Source: Anaeromyxobacter sp.
GTDB lineage: Bacteria > Myxococcota > Myxococcia > Myxococcales > Anaeromyxobacteraceae
DNA: 64,000 nucleotides
NCBI GenBank assembly: GCA_049840735.1
Contig: JASGJN010000022.1
Span: 704,001-768,000, forward strand
Direction: 5' to 3'
In this document: positions 53,721 through 64,000 of the stretch, one piece after another
Position numbering within the stretch: position 1 is the stretch's first letter
Layout of the letters: the number at the start of each line of letters is the position of its first letter
Notes under the pieces: generated by a model
What the model was told of the DNA's origin: nothing
Database searches by the model: none
What the model saw: the letters and a program-made list of their open reading frames with translations, nothing else
Translations under genes and position numbers: made by a program

Positions 53721-54717
53721 ATGCACGGCAACCTGCACCAGCTCACCTTCGACTCGCCGGCGCTGGCCGGCAACCCGCTGCAGGACCCGGCGCGCCGCTC
53801 GCTGCTGGTCTGGACGCCGCCCGGCGGCGGGCGCGGGCTGCCGCTGGTGGTCTTCCTGCACGGCTTCAGCGGCAGCGGCCGGGGCTGGCTCAACACCAGC
53901 CTCTTCCAGCCCACCGTGCCGGAGCGGATCGCGGCCCAGGTCGAGGCCGGGCAGCTGCCGCCCTTCGTGGCCGCCTTCCCGGACGGCGCCACGCGCCTGG
54001 GCGGCACGCAGTGGATCGACGCGCCGGCGGTGGGGCGCTACCAGGCGTACATCGCCGACGACGTGGTCCGGCTGCTGGAGGGCGAGCTGGGCACGCTGGC
54101 GCGGCCCGAGGCGCGGGCGGTGATCGGCAAGAGCTCGGGGGGCTACGGCGCGCTCTGCATGGCGCGCGACCGCGCCGACGTCTTCGGGCACGTGGCCTGC
54201 CACTCCGGCGACGCCTGCTTCGAGTACGCATACCAAGGCGACTTCCCGCGCGCCGCGGGCGCGCTGCTCGGCGCGAAGGATCCGGCGGAGTGGCTGGAGG
54301 CGGCCCGCCGCCGCGCCGGCCGAGACCAAGCTCAGGGGCGACTATCACCCGGTGCTCAACACGCTGGCCATGGCGGCCCACTACTCGCCCGAGCCGGGCG
54401 CGCCGCTGGGGCTGGCGCTCCCCTTCGAGCGCGAGACCGCCCGCCCGCGGCCGGAGGTGTGGGCCCGCTGGCTGGAGCACGACCCGGTCCGCTTCGTGCC
54501 CCGCTCACTGGAGGCCTTCCGCAAGCTCTCGACGGTCTTCGTGGACTGCGGCACGCGCGACGAGTTCAACCTGCGCTGGGGCGCCCGGATGGTGGTGGAG
54601 AGCCTGCGCGCCGGCGGGGTGGAGGTCGTCCACGAGGAGTTCGAGGACGGCCACATGGGCATCAACTACCGGTATGACCGGTCGCTGGCGGTGATCGCGC
54701 CGCGGCTGGGGCGGTGA
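53721..54717 (+). CDS. Alpha/beta-hydrolase, enterochelin-esterase-like (extra base at ~54320)
   Basis: LAGNPLQDP, FLHGF, GKSSGG nucleophile elbow, DCGTRDEF and EEFEDGH. Confidence 0.88.
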
Positions 54718-55195
54718 GACGGGCGCCGGCTGCTGGAGCACAATTCGCTCCCAGGGGTGCACCATCCGCGCAGTCCCTCGGTCGGGCGCGGCGGGAGTCC
54801 GCCGGTCTGCCCAAGGGATTCCCTCGCGGTGTGTCCAATCGGCCCGAGCGGATTCCCATCGGCGTCGTCCCTACGCGCCTCCGGAACGGCCGCTTCGCTC
54901 GGACTTGCTGCGGCCCGGCTGTGCGGAGCGCTCCGCGCGCGGGCCGGACTCCGTGTCATCGCGAGCCGGGCACAACGCAGGCCCCACGCCGACCAGTGAG
55001 TGGTCCACTCCCGCGCCGTATTGGAAGGCGGCGGTCGGCGAGGGGCCTTTGACGGTGCCCGGTTCGCACCGCTGGGCGCGTGCCGCGCGCGTGCCTGGTG
55101 AGCGCGTGATGCGGGCCTGCCGCGGAAGTCCTCGCTTCGCGGCCGTCCTGCGGCGCTCCGGACCGGCGAGGCCTTCGCGGCGCGGTCGGGAAACC

Positions 55196-56373
55196 TCACA
55201 CCGGCGCCGGCTGCTCCTGCGCGCCGGGCCGGCCCACCTCCACCGCCGGCAGGGCGGCGAAGGCCACCACGGCGCGCCAGAGCGCCTCGAAGACCTTGCG
55301 GTTGAAGCCGGTGCCGGAGGTGAGCCAGTCGTGGTGCGGCGGCACGTGGGTGGCGTGGTCGAAGTGGCCGAGCACGTCGAGGTGGTCGGCCCAGACGGCG
55401 GCGATCACCTGGCCCCAGACCTGGCTCAGGGTGGGAACCATGCCGTCGTTGGCGGCCGCGCCGAGTGGGGGCGCCGAAGGCCCGGTCCAGCGCGGCCAGC
55501 CGCGGGTCCCCGGCCAGCGCGGTGAAGCGGGAGGCCTCGCCGCGCGCCAGCCGGTGCAGCGCCAGGTAGAGCGCGTGGCTGGCCTGCGCGTACGGGGAGA
55601 GGCCGGTGCGCAGGAAGGAGCGCAGCCCGGGCGGCGAGGCGCGGGTCACGACGCAGCCGTAACGCACGCCGGGGCGGTCGTGGGTGGAGGCGTCGAAGAG
55701 GTCCATGCCGGCCGGCGTGAGCTGGGGGAGCAGGTCCTGGTCCGACTCCAGGCTCCCCAGGAACTCGCGCAGCGCCAGGCGGCGGTCCAGCTCGAAGTCG
55801 AGCAGCAGGCCGTCCAGCAGCTGCGTCACGGCGCTCGCGGAGGTGCGCACGCCGGCCACCAGCCGCAAGAGCTGCAGCAGCGCCGAGAGCGGCAGGTGGC
55901 CCGCCTGCACGGCGTAGATGGTGGCCACCGACAGGGCCTTCAGGATTTGCTGGCCCAGCAGGTTGTTGAAGAAGTGGGCCACCGGCGTGCCCCGGTGCGG
56001 CGCCGACACGGTGATGATCGGAGCGCACCTGGCGCGCCACCGCCTCGACGTCCACCTCCGTGGGCAGGTCGGCGTCGGGGGTGACCAGCAGCCGCGCGTC
56101 GAGCCCGCCGCTGGAGTGGCCGATGATGCTGAGCGTCCCGCCGTGCCGGTCCAGCACGTCGTGGGCGGCGCGGGCCAGGGCCGCCGCCCGCAGCCGGAGC
56201 GAGGCGGTGGGGACGGTGCGGACCACCACCCGCTCGCCGTCTAGCCCGGCGGGCGGGCCCAGCGCCGCCAGCACGGCGCGGACGTGCTCCCAGTAGGCGA
56301 AGTCTCCGAAGCTGGTGAACCCGAAGAACCCGGGGACCAGCAGCACGTGGTGCGGGCCGGTGGCGGGAGACAT
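55196..56373 (-). CDS. Lipase/esterase family protein (two +1 frameshifts at ~56020 and ~55468)
   Basis: LVPGFFGF, IGHSSGGLDAR, APHRGTP, NDGMVP and ADHLDVLGHF. Confidence 0.85.
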
Positions 56374-56509
56374 GCGGGAAGGGTAGCGCAGGGCGGGGAG
56401 GAGTGACGTCACTCCCAGGGCGCGCGGCGGGGCGTCCGGCCCCCCCAAGCAGCGCGGCGTGCCCACGAAGGAGCACGCCGCGCGTGAGGTCAGCGGCGCT
56501 TCAGGGCGC

Positions 56510-57742
<1,233 letters not shown>

Positions 57743-57759
57743 TCGCGTGTCCTCCGCGG

Positions 57760-58992
57760 CTAGAAGATTTGCCCCAGCCACTCCTTCATCCGCCCCTTCA
57801 CCTTCCGGTACACGTTCTCGTCGCGGATCTTGAAGTAGGGGCTCTCGTCCTGCTGCCCGACGCCGTAGATCACCAGGCCCACCGCGGTGGCGTACATCGG
57901 GCTCTTCACCACGTCGACCAGGCCGCCGATGCCGCGCGGCAGGCCGCGGCGCACCGGGATGCCCAGCACCTCCTCGGCCATCTCGGGCATGCCGGCGAGC
58001 AGCGTGGAGCCGCCGGTGATCACCACGCCGGAGGCCAAGAGCTCCTCCATCCCGCACTTCTGGACCTCGTGCTGGACCAGCATGAAGATCTCCTCCACCC
58101 GCGGCTCGACGATCTCGGCCAGGATGTGGCGGGAGAGGACGCGGGGGGAGCCCCCGCCCACGCTCGGGACCTCGATGGTCTCGGACTTGTCCACCATCGA
58201 CGCCATCGCGCAGCCGTACTGCTTCTTGAGCCGCTCGGCCTCATGGGTGGGCGTGCGCAGCCCGACCGCCACGTCGTTGGTCAGGTGGTTGCCCCCCAGC
58301 GAGATGACGGCCGTGTGCTGGATGGAGCCGTTGTGGAAGATGGCGATGTCGGTCGTGCCGCCGCCGATGTCCACCAGGCAGACGCCCAGCTCCTTCTCGT
58401 CGTCGGAGAGGGTGGCCAGCGACGAGGCCAGGGGCTGCAGCACGATGTCGGCCACGTTGAGGCCGGTCCGCTGCGCGCACTTGACGATGTTCTGGGCCGA
58501 GGAGACCGCGCCGGTGACGATCAGCGCCTTGGCCTCCAGGCGCACGCCGCTCATCCCGACCGGCTCCTTCACGCCGTCCTGGTCATCGACCACGAACTCC
58601 TGCGGGAGCACGTGGATGACCTCGCGGTCGAGCGGGATGGCCACGGCCTTGGCCTGGTCGATGACCCGGTCCACGTCCTGCTGCCGGACCTCCTTGTCCT
58701 TCACGGCCACCACGCCGTGGGACGGGAAGGCCTTGATGTGGCCGCCGGCGATGCCGGTGTAGACGGTGGTGATCTCGCACCCCGCCATGTGCTCGGCCTC
58801 CTCGATCGCCCGCTTGATCGAGGCGACGGTGGCGTCGATGTTGACCACCACGCCCTTCCGCAGCCCCTTCGACGGGTGCGAGCCGATGCCGATGATGTCG
58901 ATCGTGCCCTCGTCGGTCACCTCGCCGACGATGGCGCAGATCTTGGTCGTGCCGATGTCCAGGCCGACGAGGATGTCGCCGCTCTTCGCCAT
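57760..58992 (-). CDS. ftsA: Cell division protein FtsA
   Basis: [25 protein letters not shown] and [10 protein letters not shown]. Confidence 0.99.
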   Translation of the reverse strand: MAKSGDILVGLDIGTTKICAIVGEVTDEGTIDIIGIGSHPSKGLRKGVVVNIDATVASIKRAIEEAEHMAGCEITTVYTGIAGGHIKAFPSHGVVAVKDKEVRQQDVDRVIDQAKAVAIPLDREVIHVLPQEFVVDDQDGVKEPVGMSGVRLEAKALIVTGAVSSAQNIVKCAQRTGLNVADIVLQPLASSLATLSDDEKELGVCLVDIGGGTTDIAIFHNGSIQHTAVISLGGNHLTNDVAVGLRTPTHEAERLKKQYGCAMASMVDKSETIEVPSVGGGSPRVLSRHILAEIVEPRVEEIFMLVQHEVQKCGMEELLASGVVITGGSTLLAGMPEMAEEVLGIPVRRGLPRGIGGLVDVVKSPMYATAVGLVIYGVGQQDESPYFKIRDENVYRKVKGRMKEWLGQIF

Positions 58993-59103
58993 TGCCACCA
59001 CCTCCGGGCGAGGTTGCGCTCTCGCGCTCCGCCCACGCGGGCCCTCTCGGGCCCTTCCACCCAACCCGGCGCACGAGCGAGCGCGCGCCGGGACCACCAC
59101 CAC

Positions 59104-59916
59104 CTACGAGCCCGCCCCCGCGAACCGCACCGCCACCCAGTCCGGGTGGCGGCGGTTGTCGAGGTGGATCACCTCCGGGCGGCGCACCTCGGCGTCGAGC
59201 GCCGGGATGAGCCGCTCGAGGCGAGCGAGCTTGGCTTCCAGTTCCTTCTGGCCGAGCCGCACCTCGGTCCCGTCCGCCGTCCAGACGGTGGTGCCGAAGT
59301 CGGCGTCGACGTGGATCTCAGAGATCGGGAGGCGCGCCCCCAGCCCGTGGTCGGCCCAGGCGCGGGCCAGCGCCAGGGCGCCGGTGATGAGCGGCTCCAC
59401 CTCGGCGCGGCGCTCCAGCCAGGCCTCGCGGCCCAGGCCGGTGACGAGCGGCAGGTCCAGCCCATCGCCGGGCAGCGCGCGCTTGAACACCTCGCCGCCG
59501 TCGTCCACCAGGTAGAGCTCGCCCAGCGAGACCAGCGCCGCCGGGTGGCGCTCGGTCACGGTGATCTCGACCGCGGCCGGGAGCTTGCGCCGCACCTGCA
59601 CCCGGCCGACCCAGGGCTGGCGGCGCGCGGCCGCCTCGACCGCCTCCGGGTCCACCGAGAGCAGGTGGTCGCCGAGCCGCAGCGGCAGCGAGGCCAGCAG
59701 GTCCTCGGGGACGGTGCGCGACGCGCCGGTGATGCGGATGGCCTGGACGCGGAGCAGCGGGCCCTCGACGCCGACGCGCCAGCCCAGCCAGCCCAGGGTG
59801 GCCAGCGCGGTCACGGCCAGCACCGCGGGCGCGGCCAGGCGCAGCGCGCGGCCTGCCAGGCGCCGCCGCTCTCCTGGAACCCTGTCCACCCGCCGCCGGT
59901 TCGGACCCCGCGCCAC
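59104..59916 (-). CDS. ftsQ: Cell division protein FtsQ
   Basis: Single TM, POTRA domain (PWV..V.VRRKLP..V.I.VTER) and IHLD; upstream of ftsA. Confidence 0.93.
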   Translation of the reverse strand: MARGPNRRRVDRVPGERRRLAGRALRLAAPAVLAVTALATLGWLGWRVGVEGPLLRVQAIRITGASRTVPEDLLASLPLRLGDHLLSVDPEAVEAAARRQPWVGRVQVRRKLPAAVEITVTERHPAALVSLGELYLVDDGGEVFKRALPGDGLDLPLVTGLGREAWLERRAEVEPLITGALALARAWADHGLGARLPISEIHVDADFGTTVWTADGTEVRLGQKELEAKLARLERLIPALDAEVRRPEVIHLDNRRHPDWVAVRFAGAGS

Positions 59917-60213
59917 CGCCGCTCCCGCCGCCCGTGGTCACCGCCCGCCCACGCGCCCCGGGCCGAGGACGGGCCGGGGTGGACGTGGGAGGGGCGGCGC
60001 TTCCAGGCGCTATCGCCCGACCGCAGCATGCCCGCGATCCGGCGCCGGGCAAGTTTTCGTCCAAGGGCCCTAGGGGGCAGGGGGAAGTGTGCGCCAGGAA
60101 ACCGCCGTCAGATCGCGGCCGGGGAGTCGCTTCCGCGCCGCGGATCGTGAACAATGAGGCCATCCATCCCGTCCCGATCACGGCGGTCCGATCCGAGCCC
60201 CGAGGGCCCTGAC

Positions 60214-60552
60214 ATGCGGTTCCACCCCGTCCCAGCGATCCTCGCCGCCGCGGCGCTGCTCTCCGCGCCGGCGCTCATCGCGGCCGCCCCATCCCGCGGC
60301 CCGGTCCGCAAGTCCGAGGCGGTGTCGACCCACGCGCCCTATGCCGCGGGCCAGTGCTCCCGCTGCCACGTGCGCGACAACCCCAATGATCCCGGGCCGG
60401 CGCCCCCGTTCGACGAGGGCTGCCTGGAGTGCCACGAGGACTTCAAGGGCCCGGTGCAGCTGGACAGCGGCCCGCACCCGACCGGCGGCGACAAGCTCTG
60501 CGTCGACTGCCACAACGCGCACAACGCGCCGAAGAAGCACCTGCTGATGTAG
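60214..60552 (+). CDS. Small periplasmic triheme cytochrome c
   Basis: Signal peptide; CSRCH, CLECH and CVDCH. Confidence 0.88.
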   Translation: MRFHPVPAILAAAALLSAPALIAAAPSRGPVRKSEAVSTHAPYAAGQCSRCHVRDNPNDPGPAPPFDEGCLECHEDFKGPVQLDSGPHPTGGDKLCVDCHNAHNAPKKHLLM

Positions 60553-60704
60553 GAGGGCGGGCTCCGGACGCACACACGGTGGTGCGGCCACTTGCTCCGC
60601 TTGCACGGGATCAAGTCCTGCGACCCGGGGGTCGCCGAATATCCGCGGCGTTGCCGTAAGATCCAAGGCCTCGAGTCCACGGGGTCCACAGGAGCGGGGA
60701 AGTC

Positions 60705-61760
60705 ATGCATACGCGCCTCATCCAGCTGGCGGCACTCGTCCTGGCGCTGGCCGCGCCGCTGCAGGGGTTGGCGGCTGCGCCGGGCGGGACCAAGAAGTTC
60801 CCGGTGCGCCGCGGCGCGGCCGTGAAGCCGCTCGCCAGCGCCCGGTTCGCCCACGCGCCCTTCTCCGACGGGGACTGCGCGCTCTGCCACCAGTCCAGCG
60901 ATCCCGCCAGGCCCGGACCGGTCCGCAAGGCCAGCATCAACGAGGGCTGCTTCGACTGCCACGAGGCCTCGCGGGAGACCATGGCGCGCAAGGTGAAGCA
61001 CGCGCCCTCCGCCGAGGCCTGCACCGACTGCCACAACCCGCACAACAGCAACGAGCCGGGCCTGCTGCACATGGACCAGGTCACGCTCTGCACCAAGTGC
61101 CACGGCGCGGTGCGCGCCCAGCTGGCCAGCGCCAAGGTGACCCACGGGGCCATGAACGGCGAGAACCGCTGCTCGGCCTGCCACGACCCGCACGCCACGC
61201 AGACCGACGGCCTGCTGCTGGCCTCGCCCATGGCGCTCTGCCTGGACTGCCACGACAAGGACGGCATGACCGCCACCGACGGCGCGCCGCTCACCAACTT
61301 CAAGAAGTGGCTGGAGAAGGCGCCGAACTGGCACGAGCCGGTCAAGAACAAGGACTGCGCCGCCTGCCACCGCGTCCACGGCGGCGACCGCTTCCGCCTG
61401 CTCACCGCCGCCTACCCGGAGAAGTTCTACGCGCCCTGGGACGCGAAGAGCTACGCGCTCTGCTTCAACTGCCACGACGAGAAGCTGGTGTCCGAGGCCA
61501 GCACCACCTCCAGCACCCTCTTCCGCAGCGGCAAGCGCAACCTCCACACCCTCCACGTGGCCAAGGCCCGCGGCCTCACCTGCCGCGCCTGCCACGAGTC
61601 GCACGCCGCCCAGCACGAGCACGGCATCCGCGACGTCGTGCCGTACGGCGACGCCAACTACGCGTTGAAGGTGGGCTACTCGAGGACGGCCACGGGCGGG
61701 ACCTGCACCAAGACCTGCCACGAGACCCAGACGTACGACAACACCTCGGTCGTCCGGTGA
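60705..61760 (+). CDS. Periplasmic multiheme cytochrome c (9 CxxCH + 1 CxxxCH; doubled-CxxCH type)
   Basis: Signal peptide; CALCH, CFDCH, CTDCH, CTKCH, CSACH, CLDCH, CAACH, CFNCH, CRACH and CTKTCH. Confidence 0.93.
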   Translation: MHTRLIQLAALVLALAAPLQGLAAAPGGTKKFPVRRGAAVKPLASARFAHAPFSDGDCALCHQSSDPARPGPVRKASINEGCFDCHEASRETMARKVKHAPSAEACTDCHNPHNSNEPGLLHMDQVTLCTKCHGAVRAQLASAKVTHGAMNGENRCSACHDPHATQTDGLLLASPMALCLDCHDKDGMTATDGAPLTNFKKWLEKAPNWHEPVKNKDCAACHRVHGGDRFRLLTAAYPEKFYAPWDAKSYALCFNCHDEKLVSEASTTSSTLFRSGKRNLHTLHVAKARGLTCRACHESHAAQHEHGIRDVVPYGDANYALKVGYSRTATGGTCTKTCHETQTYDNTSVVR

Positions 61761-61768
61761 GGCCAGCC

Positions 61769-62575
61769 ATGAACCACCGCATCCGCACCCTCGCCGCCGC
61801 CGCCCTCCTGCTCATGGCCGGGGCCGGCCGCGCCGCCGCCGCCCAGGTCGAGGACACCGAGCTCGCCACCATCAACGGCGGCTACGAGCCGCTGCTCGGG
61901 ACCGGCGCCAAGGTCAACGCCCTGGTCTTCTTCCGCAGCGACCAGGACCGCTCCTTCGACGCCCTCCGGCAGCTGGCCGGGGCCGAGCGCGAGTTCTCCA
62001 GCAAGCCGGTCCACTGGGTGGCGGTCATCTCCGGCGGCGCCTCGCTGGAGAACGTGAAGGCCGCCACCGCCGCCACCGGCGCGCAGATGCCGGTGGTGGT
62101 GGACATGGGCGACCGCATCTTCCGGGCCCTGGGCGTGGCCGGCTACCCCACGGTGATCTACGCGGACGGCGCCGGCCGGGTGACGGCCATGGACCTGTAC
62201 GCCGGGGGCGACCTGCGGGCCATGGCCGCCGGGCGCATCCGCTTCGGCCTGGGCGAGATTGACAAGGCCGCGATGGAGCGGGCCATGGCAGGCGACGCCG
62301 AGGGCATGGCCGGCCCGGATCCGGCCAAGAAGGCCATGACCAACGTGAACATGGCCAGGAAGCTCTACGCGCTGGGGCTGTACGCCAAGGCGGTGAAGCA
62401 GGCCCAGCGGGCGCTGGAGCAGGCCCCGGTGCCGGCCGCCTACACCGTGATCGGCGCCTCCTACGCCAGGCTCGGGCTCTGCCCGGACGCGAAGAAGATG
62501 CTGGACCAGTCGGCCAAGCTCGACCCCGGCAACGAGGAGGCCGCCGCGGCGCGCGCCTCCTGCGGGTTCAAGTAG
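61769..62575 (+). CDS. Exported thioredoxin-fold-like + TPR protein lacking CxxC
   Basis: Signal peptide; LVFFRSDQDRS at the expected CxxC position; PVVVD..D.IFRALGVAGYPTVIY; C-terminal TPR (AKLDPGNEEA). Confidence 0.72.
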   Translation: MNHRIRTLAAAALLLMAGAGRAAAAQVEDTELATINGGYEPLLGTGAKVNALVFFRSDQDRSFDALRQLAGAEREFSSKPVHWVAVISGGASLENVKAATAATGAQMPVVVDMGDRIFRALGVAGYPTVIYADGAGRVTAMDLYAGGDLRAMAAGRIRFGLGEIDKAAMERAMAGDAEGMAGPDPAKKAMTNVNMARKLYALGLYAKAVKQAQRALEQAPVPAAYTVIGASYARLGLCPDAKKMLDQSAKLDPGNEEAAAARASCGFK

Positions 62576-62614
62576 GCCGGACGAGCCGGTTCGGGAGACA
62601 CGGGAAGGCGGCGC

Positions 62615-63541
62615 TCACGCCTTCAGCGCCGCCGAGTCCAGCAGCCGCTCGCACAGCTCGGGGAAGGGGATGCCGTTGCCGGCGGCGATCTTCGGGACCA
62701 GCGAGGTGGCGGTCATCCCGGGGAGCGTGTTGACCTCCAGGATGTAGGGGGTGCCGTCCTCGGTGAGGATGAAGTCGGTGCGGGTGACGCCGGCGCAGCC
62801 CAGGCCGCGGTGGGCCACCTCGGCCGCCTCCATCACCACGCGCGTGTGGGCCTCGGAGATGCGGGCCGGGTAGAAGTACTGGGTGGTGCCGGCGGTGTAC
62901 TTGGCGGCGTAGTCGTAGAAGGCGTTGGCCGGGACCACCTCGATGGCGCCCAGCGCGCGGCCGTCCAGCACCGCCACCTGGATCTCCTTGCCCTTCACGT
63001 ACCGCTCGATGATCACGTCGCCCTTGAAGCGGGCGGCGTCCTGGCAGGCGGCGCCGAGCGCGGCCGCGTCCTGCACCAGGTGGACGCCCACGCTGGAGCC
63101 CTCGCCGGAGGGCTTCACCACGCAGGGCAGGCCGAAGGCCAGGTCGGCCACCGTCACCGCGGCGGCGCGCTCGCGGGGCAGGACCAGCTGGTCCGTGACC
63201 ACCAGGCCCAGGGAGCGGAAGAGCGCCTTGCAGACCACCTTGTCCATGCCCATGGACGAGGCCAGCACGCCCGAGCCGGTGTAGGGGATGCCCATGGCCT
63301 CCAGCAGCCCCTGGATGCAGCCGTCCTCGCCAAAGCGCCCGTGCAGCGCGATGAAGGCCACGTCCGCCCCCACCTCGCGCAGCCTCGCGGCCACGTCCAG
63401 GTCCACGTCCACCAGCGCCACGTCCAGGCCGCGCGTGCGCAGCGCCTCGGCGCAGGCGGCGCCGGTCTTGAGCGACACCTCGCGCTCGGTGGAACGCCCG
63501 CCGTAAAGCACCGCGACCTTCTTGCCAGACCATTTGCTCAT
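62615..63541 (-). CDS. ddl: D-alanine--D-alanine ligase
   Basis: GGRSTEREVSL, ALHGRFGEDG, GSSVG, FYDYAAKY and LEVNTLPGMT. Confidence 0.98.
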   Translation of the reverse strand: MSKWSGKKVAVLYGGRSTEREVSLKTGAACAEALRTRGLDVALVDVDLDVAARLREVGADVAFIALHGRFGEDGCIQGLLEAMGIPYTGSGVLASSMGMDKVVCKALFRSLGLVVTDQLVLPRERAAAVTVADLAFGLPCVVKPSGEGSSVGVHLVQDAAALGAACQDAARFKGDVIIERYVKGKEIQVAVLDGRALGAIEVVPANAFYDYAAKYTAGTTQYFYPARISEAHTRVVMEAAEVAHRGLGCAGVTRTDFILTEDGTPYILEVNTLPGMTATSLVPKIAAGNGIPFPELCERLLDSAALKA

Positions 63542-63566
63542 AGGCTTGCCCGCTTCCTATCCGTTA

Positions 63567-63722
63567 ACGGGGGCTGCGCCCCCGCCCCGCCGGCAGAGCC
63601 GTCGGGGCCCCACCCCTGCTGCGCTGGGTCCCGGCGCGCTGCGGCCTTCGGCCTTGCGCGCGACCCAGCGCCGAGGGGGCTGCGCCCCCTCCCCCGGCCA
63701 CATGCCGGGGCCCCCACCCCGC
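63567..63722 (+). repeat. Composite repeat: two family-B units (63567-63619 and 63675-63722) separated by a hairpin (63621-63671)
   Basis: Both units begin GGGGGCTGCGCCCCC and end GGGGCCCC(C)ACCCC; the spacer has GCGCTGGGTC/GACCCAGCGC arms. Confidence 0.8.
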
Positions 63723-63732
63723 ATCGCCGATC

Positions 63733-64000
63733 TCATTCGTCCGGCAGCTCCCCCGGCGCGAACGCGCCCAGGAACCGCACCTCGGTCTCGAGCCGCACAC
63801 CGCTCGCCGCCAGCACCCGCTGGCGCGCCAGGCGGATCAGCGCCAGCACGTCGGCGGCGGTGGCGCCGCCCAGGTTGGTGACGAAGTTGGCGTGCACCTC
63901 CGACCAGCAGGCGTTGCCGATCCGGTGCCCCTTGAGCCCCGCCGCCTCGATCAGCCGGCCGGCGAAGTCGCCGGGCGGGTTGGTGAAGGTGGAGCCGAAG
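63733..64000 (-). CDS. murB: UDP-N-acetylenolpyruvoylglucosamine reductase, 3' part
   Basis: [24 protein letters not shown]...[19 protein letters not shown]...LETEVRFLG. Confidence 0.95.
   Translation of the reverse strand, partial: FGSTFTNPPGDFAGRLIEAAGLKGHRIGNACWSEVHANFVTNLGGATAADVLALIRLARQRVLAASGVRLETEVRFLGAFAPGELPDE

Overview
Very GC-rich chromosomal segment whose gene content and protein sequences resemble Anaeromyxobacter/Myxococcota (inference). It is mostly core genome: ssb, dacB, a Fur-family regulator, queC, an S41 peptidase, a plant-type glutamate-cysteine ligase, a MoxR-DUF58-Bat operon, a ZIP transporter, dusB, an MltD-like transglycosylase, an ABC exporter, trmB, an ECF sigma operon, alaS and the distal dcw cluster (murB-ddl-ftsQAZ). 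Unusual items: (1) a three-gene periplasmic module on the opposite strand between ddl and ftsQ, encoding a triheme cytochrome c, a ~10-heme cytochrome c and a thioredoxin-like/TPR protein lacking CxxC; (2) a 32-aa Fis-like HTH micro-ORF directly after dusB, coupled to the ZIP transporter; (3) an ISAs1 transposase whose 17-bp inverted repeats abut its start and stop codons and contain its Shine-Dalgarno; (4) an orphan amino-DNA methyltransferase; (5) a ~3,500-aa TPR-like protein in a gene string with queC; (6) two families of REP-like intergenic repeats; (7) a decayed hybrid sensor kinase. About 15 single-base frameshifts break otherwise intact genes, and most sit at GATC or GAGACC. This suggests methylation-linked long-read errors, not true pseudogenes. 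No rRNA, tRNA or CRISPR array was recognised. All calls come from reading motifs by eye; no searches were run.
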